DNA of 64,000 nt from an uncultured Planctomycetota bacterium (GTDB lineage Bacteria; Planctomycetota; Planctomycetia; Isosphaerales; Isosphaeraceae), in contig CAVYTQ010000007.1 of the NCBI GenBank assembly GCA_963771445.1, positions 7,572 to 71,571 on the forward strand, written 5' to 3'. The first letter of the stretch is position 1. The number at the start of each line of letters is the position of its first letter. Below, in pieces: positions 55,801-64,000 of this stretch. The position numbers were made by a program, and so were the translations under genes. The notes beneath the pieces were generated by a model, which had not been told where the DNA came from, searched no databases, and saw only the letters and a program-made list of their open reading frames with translations.

Positions 55801-57009
55801 CAGGCCGCCGCCGTCCTGGGCGGTGTTGCCGCTGACCGTGCAGTCCGCCAACTTCGCGACGCCGTTGTTGTCCAATCCGCCGCCCCACATTGTGGCGGAG
55901 TTGCCGCTGACCGTGCAGCCGGTGAGATCCAGGGCCGCCGTGAAGATTTTTCCGTTGTACAAGCCGCCCCCGAAGTTGGCGGCGGCGTCGCCGCTGAACG
56001 TGCAGTCGCTCACGGTCGCCGTGCCGGCCAAATTGTACAGGCCGCCGCCGTCGTTCCGGCTCGTGTCGCCGCTGAACGTGCAACCGCTCAGGGCCACCGT
56101 ACCGGAGTTGTACAGGCCGCCGCCGGAGTCAATCGCGGTGTCACCGCTGAACGCGCAGGTCGTGAGACTCAGGCTCGGGCCGGCGTTGTCCACGCCGCCG
56201 CCGAGGTCGGCGGAGTCGCCGCCGAACGTGCAACCGCTCACGGTCGCCTTGCCGACGTTGTCCAGGCCGCCACCGGACCCGGCGGAATTGCCGCTGACCG
56301 TGCAGCCGGTGAGGGCCGCCGTGCCGTAGTTGAACAGGCCGCCGCCGATCTTGCTGGCGGAGTTGCCGCTGACCGTGCAGTTGTTGAGCGTCAGGGACGC
56401 CGCGCCGTAGTTGAGCAGGCCGCCGCCCTCGGGGGAAGAATTCCCCTTGACCGTGCAGCCGGTCAAGGTCACGGTGCCATAGTTGAACAGGCCGCCGCCT
56501 CCGCCGACCGAAGCGGACCCGCCGGTGATCGTCAGGCCGCTGATCGTCGCGGTGACGTTCGCCTCGACCACGAACACGCGGCTCTTGCCGCCGGCCGTGA
56601 CGGTGACGTTCGCCGCCGGGCCGCTGATCGCGATCGAATCCTTGGTGTTGCTCAGGTCGAGCCAGCCCTGTGCCAGCGCGATCGACTGCGCCGCGGCGAA
56701 GGCCGGTGAATCGAAGGCGATCGTGCTGGGGCTCGCGGCCGAATCCGCCTGCTGCACGGCCCAGCGAAGCGTGCCGGCGGTCGGGAGGCCGGCCGTGAGC
56801 GTGTCCAGCGTGCTGGTGACGGTGTAGGTCGCCATGAGCCTGCGGTCTTCCAGCACCAGGCAGTCCGGCCGCAGGCGGTGACGATCCCGATGCCTCCGGG
56901 CCGTCGGTCCCCGCCCCGCAGGCGCCCGCCGTCGCCGCTCGTCGTGCATCGCGTCGTCGCTCATGGCTTCCCTTTCACTTCGGTGAGGATAAGGGGCCCT
57001 CCGACTCAC
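52815..57009 (-). CDS. large secreted repeat protein: parallel beta-helix (Pmp-like) repeats, choice-of-anchor-Q-like segment, YDG-type repeats, Ig-like domains (three apparent frame breaks near 55800, 55405 and 53530)
   Basis: N-terminus RLRPDCLVLEDRRLMA. There are about 13 units of GGGLxNxG...LxxCTxSGNSA, then DQRGTGFQRIVGGIVDIGAYE, repeated YDGTT modules, and two GQSVTFTA-type Ig-like domains. The pieces are track ORFs 55414..57009, 54723..55706, 53342..55366 and 52815..53522. Confidence 0.8.
54008..54511 (-). repeat. two tandem 252-bp (84-codon) near-identical coding repeats inside the adhesin-like gene
   Basis: The unit starts (minus sense) at about 54511 and about 54259. Both open with ccccgctgacgatcacggcggcgagcgagtcccggacctacgacggcacgac. 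The central ~40 codons encode an identical peptide (DTVTGLSETFNNKDVGTGKALSVATGYTINDGNGGKDYTVT). Confidence 0.85.
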
Positions 57010-57039
57010 GAGGGCCAGGGCTCGGTCGCCCGCGCGTGC

Positions 57040-60000
57040 TCATTGTCCGACGACGCCGCTCGCCACCAGCTTCCGCCATGCCTTCGCGTACTTCGCCCCG
57101 GAGAGCGACGGACCGGCGATCGACGACCAGTCGATCTGGCCGATGTAATCGCTCCCCGCCTTGCCGGTCTTGCCTCCGTCCAGCGCGTGCAGTGCGAGAT
57201 CGACGATCCGGTGCGTCGAGGTCCCGTCGACGATCAGCTCGAACCGATCGTGGACGTTCAGGCGCCGCGACGGGTGCAGCGTCACGGTCCGCGCGGCGGC
57301 GTTGTAGGCGACCCGGTTGATGGCGATCGCACGGCCGAACTTCCCGTGCGGACCGATGGGGACGATCTTGTAGTTCGCAGCGTCGGTGGCCGTCGCGGGG
57401 TCGAGGCCCTCGTTGAACGTGAGGACCAGGATGGTCGGCTGCGAATGGTAGCCGAACCGCTGGAGACCCATTACGAGGGGACCATCCGGGGTGGCAGCCG
57501 GACGAGTGCCCGGGGCCGGGCCTGTAGGGGTAATCACCGGAGTGGGCGTCGGGCTCGGTACGGCGACGAGCACATTCACGACGGTCGAGGTGCTCGAGGC
57601 GAACGCGGGATCTCCGGCAAAAGATGCGGTCACGGTGTGCGGGCCCGCGGCGAGATTCGACGTCGTGAGCGTCGCGACCTCCTCGCCGCCGACCAACTGG
57701 AGCGGGACTGTCGTAGGCGCACCCCCGTCGATCGTGAACGCGACGGAGCCGCCGGCGAGTGGGCCCGGGGCCACGATCGCCGTGAAGGTGACCGGCTGGC
57801 CGAGGTCAGCGATCGACCGCGAAGCGGTTAGGATCGTCGTCGTGGGTGAGCCGCTCGTGACAGCAGGCGTGCCGATGGTCGCCGTACTCTGCCCAGTGGC
57901 AGCGCCTTCGCCAATGCGCACGCTGACCGGGAACGATCCCTGAGCCGCGTAGGTGTGGGCACCGACAATCAAGTATCTCGGGGCAAACGCGGCGCCCACT
58001 AATCCGACGGGACTTCCGGGATCGGGGAGGACGAAGCCGGCCGAGCTGCTGCCGTCGCCCCAGGTGATCGTGACGGCGGAATTGAGGAACTGGGATGCGG
58101 AGGCGCCCTCGCCCAGGCTGGCGACGGCACCGACGAAAGGCGTTCCGGGAGGGGTGGTGATCGCGATGCCGGTGGCCGTCGCCGTGGCGACCGCACCGGC
58201 CGCCGCGCTGGCGGTGCTTTCGGCCATGGCCCCGGCCCCGCCCGTGTCCGCGATGGTGACCTTTACGGTATACGACCCCGCCGTGGCATAAGTGGTCGTC
58301 CCCGTGACCGAGAACGAAGTCGCCGGTGGCACTGCCGCCATCAGCGATGATTGTGCCGGGCGAGGTGAAGCCGTCGCCCCAGTCGATCGTGGCCGTGAAG
58401 TCGCCGGCGGCGGCGCCGGGATTGGCGTCGGTGAACGTGCCTACCCGGGCGGTGAACGGGACACCCGCGGTGGCCGCGACGGACGTGCCCGCGGCCACGA
58501 GTGGAGCGTCGCCCACCACCACCGTCCCCGTCGCCGTCGCCGTGGCGCCGTCGCGGTCGGTGATTGCGACGGTGACCGCGTCAGTCCCCTCCTCGGCGTA
58601 GGTGCTGCCGCCGACGACGTCGAACCGGCCGGCGACCAGCGGGTCGGCGGTGACCGTGGCGGTCGAGGTCTGCCCGCCTCCCCAGTCGATGGTAGCCGTG
58701 TACATGCCGGCGGCGGCGTTGGGGTCGGCATCCTTGAATGTGGCGATCACGCCGGTGAAGGAGATGCCTTCCGTCGCATTCAGGCTCGCCCCCGTGGCCG
58801 TCAGGGGCGCGTCCGCCACGACGGCCGTGCTTGCGGCGGAGGCGCTCGCCCCGCCCACGTCCATGATGGTAACAATGACGGAGTAAGACCCTGCTTCGGC
58901 ATAGGTGTGAGTGCCGGAGACGTTGAACCCGCCGGCCACGACCGGGATGGCGATCAACGCACCGAGCGAGGTCTGCCCGTCGCCCCAGTCGATCGTGGCC
59001 GCGTAGTTGCTGGCCGTGCCGCCGGGGACGGGATCGACGAAGGAGGCGACCACGCCGATGAACGCGGCGCCTTCCACCGGCCCGGAGAATACCCGGCCCG
59101 TCACGACCGGCGGCGGATCGAAGACCGTGGCCTTGCCGGTGTCCGTGCCCGTGGACCCGCCAGCGTCCACGACGGCCACCCGGACGCTGTCCGTCCCTCC
59201 CACCGCGTAGGTATTGCTGCCCCGGACGTCGAACCCGCCGTTCGGGTCGGCGCCGATCGTCCCGGGCGAGGTGTAACCGTCGCCCCAGGCGATCGTGGCG
59301 GTGAAGTCACCGGCGGCGGCGCCGGGGTTGGCGTCCGCGAACGTGGCCACCAGGCCGCTGAAGGCCGTCCCTTCCGTCGCACTCACGGCCGCGGCGGTGA
59401 CCTTCAGCGGTGCATCCGCCACGATCGCCAGGCCGACGGCCGTGGCGCTACTCCCATCGGTGATGAGGACAGTCACGGGGAATACGCCCTCGTCGGCGTA
59501 GGTGTTGCTGCCGGTCACGTCGAACTGGCCGGCGACCGACGGGTCGGCGGTCACCGTGCCGACGGAGGACTGCCCGTCGCCCCAGGTGATCGTGGCGGTG
59601 TATTCGCCGGCGGTCCCGTACGGGTCGGCGTCGGTGAAGGTCGCGACCAGGCCGGCGAAGGCCATGCCTTCCGTCGCGGCCACTCGCGTCCCCTGGGCCG
59701 TCAGCGGGGCGTGCGCAACGTCGGCGGTCGATGTGGCCGTGGCCCCAGCGCCGCCCCTGTCCGCAATGGCGACGGCGACCGGGAAGGTGCCCGCCTTCAC
59801 ATAGGTGTTGCTGCCCGTCACGTCGAACCGGCCGGCGACGACGGGGTCGGCGGTTACCGTGCCGGCTGAGGTCTGCCCGTCGCCCCAGTGGATCGTGGCC
59901 AGGTAGTCCAGCACGGCGCCGGCCGGATCGGCGTCGATGAAGGTGGCGACCACGCCGGTGAACGCGGCCGCCGCGGTGGCCTGAATGGCGACCGGACGCG

Positions 60001-63000
60001 CCGTCAGCGGGGCGTCCGTGTTGGGCGCGACGTCGGCCGAACTGTCGGCTCCGGCGGTGGCGCCGCCGGTGTCGGTGATGGCGACCGCGACGGGATACGT
60101 CCCCGCCGCGGCGTAGGTGTGGGTGCCGTTGACGGTGAACCCGCCGGGGTCGGCCGTGACGATGCCGAGCGTGGTCTGGCCGTCGCCCCAGGCGATCGCG
60201 GCGAGGAAGTCGCCGGCGGTCGCGGCGGGATCGCCGTCGGTGAAGGTCGCGACCGTGCCGGTGAAGGGCAGCCTGGCCGTGGCGTCGATGGTGGTTCCCG
60301 ACGCGGTTAGCGCGGCGTCGGGGCCGGCGTCCACGGCGATCGTGGTCGTGGCCGTCGCCCCGGCGCCGTCCCTGTCCGCGATGGAAACCGTGGCGTTGAA
60401 CGTCCCGGTCGTCTTGTAGGCGTCGGTACCGGTGACCAGGAAGCCGCCGGCGGGATTGGCGAGGACCGTGCCGGCGGACGTGCTGCCGTCGCCCCAGGCG
60501 ATCGTGGCGGTGTACTGGGCGAGCGCGCCCTCGGGGTTGGCGTCGGTGAACGTGGCGACCACGCCGGAAAAGGGCGCCGCCGTGGTCGCGCGGTGGGCGG
60601 TGCCGGCCGCCGTCAGCGGCGCGTCGGCGACGAGCGAGGAGAGCGAGCGCCCGCCGTGGAGCAGCACGACCAGGCTGTTAGAACCCGCGATCACGAGGTC
60701 TGGCGCACCGTCGCCGTTGACATCGGCCGCGAGGAACGCGAGGGGTCCGGCCCCGCCGTCGAGTGGTTCGTCGTAAAGGATCGGTTGCTGGAAGGTGCCG
60801 TCGCCATTGCCCACCAACAGGCTCACGGTGCCGTCCGTGTTGAGGGCGGCGAGGTCTTGCTTACCGTCGCCGTTGAAGTCGCCCGACGCCAACTGGGCGG
60901 GTGACCGGCCGCTGGTGTAGTTGACCGCGGCCTGGTAGGTGCCGTCGCCCTTGCCCAGCAGCACGCTCACGAAGTAATGGTACCCGGAGTCGTGAGTGAC
61001 CAGGGCCAGGTCGAGCTTGCCATCGCCGTTGAAGTCGCCGGTGACGGCCACCGGAGGTCCGCCCACGAGGAGGCCCGACAGGGTGGCGCCGACCTTCGAC
61101 GTTTGAAAAGTGCCGTCGCCTTTGCCGAGTGCGACCTCGACCGTCGCGGAATCGACGTTCCCCACCTCGATCAGGTCGAGGTTGCCGTCACCATTGACGT
61201 CGCCGGCGAGCCACAGGCCGCTGGACTCGAAGGACGGATTGAAGTTGATGGGGCCCCGCAAGGAGCCGTCGCCGTTGCCCAGGAACAGGGCGGCAGGCGA
61301 GGGATTGTACTCCTGGACGAGCACGTCCGGATTGCCGTCGTTGTTGAAGTCGCCCACCACCATATGAGGTTTCGACTGCCCCGCGTCATAGGTGGCCGCG
61401 GGCCGGAAAGTGCCGTCGCCGTTGTTGACCAGGACGGCCAGGACGGCGTTGTTCACGCCGGAGAAAGAACCATCATAGACGGTTGCCGTGGTGAGGGCGA
61501 TCAGGTCGGGCTTGCCGTCGTGGTTGAGGTCGGCCGTCGTCAGCGAAGAGTCCATGAACTGTTGTTGTGCCAGGGGGGTCGGATTGACGTCGTAGGACCG
61601 TGCAGCCGGGAAGGTGCCGTCGCCGCGATTCAGCAGCGCGTAAATCGTGCCGAAATGATCGACGACGATGTCCAGCTTGCTATCTCGGTTGAGGTCGGCC
61701 AGGGCCACCATGTCCTGGCCCGAATGACTGGAGCTCGAGCCGGTATCGGCGCCGTAGCCGTTGGCGAAGGCGTAGTTGACGGCGGGGCGGAAGGTGCCGT
61801 CGCCGACTCCTAAGAGGACGCTGAAGTTGGCGTTGTTGACCGTCACGATGTCCGGTTTTCCGTCGCCGTTGACGTCTCCTACCGCCAGGTCGTGCGGCGA
61901 GACGGCGCCGACGGCATAGGCGACCGGCGCCGGAAGGTGCCGTCGCCGTCGCCCAGCAGTACGACCACGCTGGTGGCAAGATTGTAGGTATTGGAGGCGC
62001 CCTGGTTCACCACAAGATCGAGCTTGCCGTCGCCGCCGAAGTTGCCGATCGCCACCGTGGTGGGATAGGTACCGGCGGCGTAGTTGGCGGCGGCGCCGAA
62101 GGTGCCGTCGCCGTTGCCGAGCAGCACGCTCACGGCGCCGTCCGCGTAGGCGGGATAAGTCCCGAGGTCTGTCGCCACCAGGTCGAGCTTGCCGTCGCCA
62201 TTGACGTCCCCGATGGCGAGGCCATACGCGTAGCCGCCCGTGGCGTAGCTTACTCCGGGCAGGAAGGTGCCGTCGCCATTGCCGAGGAAGACGGTCACGA
62301 CCCCGCCGTACGCATCCTGCCCAGTCACGACGAGGTCGAGCTTGCCGTCCTCGTTGAGGTCCCGCGCCACCGCACGCGTGCCGTCAATCTGGGCGAAGTT
62401 AATCGGCGCGCCAAACGTACCGTCGCCGTTGCCCTCCAGCAGGTTGAGGCCGCCGGCGCCGTTGAGCACCAGGTCGGGCTTTCCGTCGCCGTTGAAGTCG
62501 CCCACCGCCAGCACGTAGACGTCATAGTCGTAAGTGCCCACGGACGGGGCCGGCCGGAAGGTGCCGTCGCCGTTGCCGAGCAGGATACTCGTGCCGTTGA
62601 CCAGGTCGAGCTTGCCGTCGCCGTTGAGGTCTGCGAGCAGGACGGCGCGACCGCCCCTCCCGTGTCGCCGACCGGGTTGACGGCCGGGAAGGTGCCGTCG
62701 CCGGCGCCGCTCAGCACGTTGACAACCTGCGTCGTTAGCGTCGCCAGGTCGGTCTTGCCGTCGCCGTTGAAATCCCCCGTGGCGATCGCGCTGGCGACGG
62801 CCGGGGAAACCTCGGCGTCCGCCAGGGTACCGTCGCCGTTGCCGAGAAGGAGGTCGAGCTGGCCGGGGACGTAATTGCCGCCGGCCAGCAGCGCCACATC
62901 CAGTCGGCCGTCGCCGTTGAAGTCGGCCGTCGCCAGGTTGCCGAGCCCCGCGAAGCCGTCTTGCCCCGTGACGTACGTCGCCGGTGCGCCGAAGGTGCCG

Positions 63001-64000
63001 TCTGCATTCCCCAGCAGCAGGCTCACGCCGCTATTCGCGGTCGCGCCCGACGCTTCGCGCCCGAATCCAGCACGGCGAGATCGGCCTTGCCGTCGCCGTT
63101 GAAATCCCCGGAGAAGGCGAATATCGGCACATTGCCGGCGGCGTAATGGACCGGGTCCCGGAAGGTGCCGTCGCCGTTGCCCAGCAGGACCTGCACCTGG
63201 CCGTCGGCGATGCCCGCCAGGTCGAGCTTACCGTCGCCATTGAGGTCGATCGCGGCATTCACATTGAAGTTACTGGCGAGGGTGATGGGCGCCTGGAAGG
63301 TCCCGTCGCCGTTGCCGAACAGCAGGCTGGTGATCCCGCCCAGTTCCGTCTCCGCCAGGTCGAGCTTGCCGTCGCCGTTGAAGTCTCCCGCCACGACGTC
63401 GAGGACGTTGCTCAGCGCGGGGTCGAAGTTGACGGGCGCCTGGAAGGTCCCGTCGCCGTTGCCCAGCAGCAGGCGCAGGCCCTGGCCTCCCCCGCTCTGG
63501 CTGGCGTAGTTCCCCATGAGCAGGTCGACCTTGCCGTCGCCGTTGAAATCACCCACGACGAGCGAGATGGGGGCCGGCCCGGCGTCGAAGTCGATTTCCG
63601 GGCCGAACGTGCCGTCGCCCTTGCCCAGGAACACGGCGCCCGCGGTCACGATGTCGAGCTTGCCGTCGGCGTTGACGTCTCGCAGGGCCATCTCCTGCTC
63701 GACGTTGGGAAGCCCTGTCACGACGAAGGTCGAAGCCAACCGGAAGGTGGTGTCGCCGTTGCCCAGCAGCACTTCGATGCGGATCGGGCTCGTCCCCGTC
63801 TGGGAGTTGAAAGGCCCTTGCGTCAGCACGACGAGGTCGGGCTTGCCGTCGCCGTCTACGTCGCCCGCGGCGAACGCCAGCGGCGTCTGGCCCGTCGGGA
63901 CGGGCACCGACAGCGCGGCCAGGAACCCGCCCGGTGTCACCAACCCGCTCGACGTGGGCGTCGTGGCGTTCGACGGAGCTGCCGCCACGGTCGGCGATCC
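57040..64000 (-). CDS. giant FG-GAP/VCBS-repeat and PKD-like-module surface protein, 5-prime end outside window (at least four apparent frame breaks near 63050, 62655, 61930 and 58320)
   Basis: The frame is open past nt 64000. More than 25 FG-GAP/VCBS units (LLGNGDGTF...GDFNGDGKxDL) span 60625-64000. Nine ~95-aa modules with TIxWGDGxxS span 57870-60625. Then come an Ig-like domain (GQPVTFTA...HTVTASFAGD) and a C-terminal domain (LTFNEGLDPATATDAANYKI). Confidence 0.85.

Noticed and set aside
53840-59869. Plus-strand ORFs 53840..55432 (530 aa), 55450..56709 (419 aa) and 58292..59869 (525 aa)
   Set aside because: They are antisense to the two giant repeat genes. Their repetitive Gly/Arg/Asp/Val composition mirrors the sense-strand repeats.
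54008-60625. Regularly spaced direct repeats (252-bp and about 290-bp periods) as a possible CRISPR-like array
   Set aside because: The repeats are in-frame coding modules of surface proteins. There are no short conserved repeats alternating with unique spacers, and no cas genes.

Overview
64 kb of a high-GC bacterial chromosome. The gene repertoire looks planctomycete-like, which is an inference from content: a Ser/Thr kinase-WD40 fusion, a BlaI/BlaR1 pair, an LEDRRL-type secretion leader, giant FG-GAP/VCBS surface proteins and a CRTAC1/ASPIC-type protein. Most of the window is ordinary housekeeping: aspS, mrp, dapA, pdxJ, uvrD/pcrA, acpS, topA, exbD, dedA, thiolase, msrA, glyQS, comB and one intact tRNA-Ala(GGC).

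Accessory parts:
- The left edge (1-3663) looks like an integrative-element remnant. It holds a transposase fragment and a tightly packed five-gene ORFan operon, and ends at an orphan 47-nt 3-prime half of tRNA-Arg(ACG).
- A microhomology-flanked tandem duplication of a zinc-ribbon membrane-protein gene lies at 33.4-34.7 kb.
- A three-gene cluster of small proteins with Lys/Ser/Ala-rich tails lies at 39.6-41.3 kb.
- A blaI-blaR1 operon abuts a truncated HNH gene at 49.3-52.6 kb.
- The right 11 kb encodes two tandem giant repeat-rich surface proteins.

Major caveat: by hand count about 45 single-base reading-frame breaks interrupt genes, including essential ones (aspS, topA, glyQS, uvrD). The sequence is therefore probably indel-error-rich. 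Many long ORFs in the supplied track are frame chimeras or antisense shadow ORFs.

I found no CRISPR array, no rRNA and no recognisable defence system. I found no convincing complete novel multi-gene system. The findings below are leads, not discoveries. All family names come from motif recognition by eye, with no database searches.
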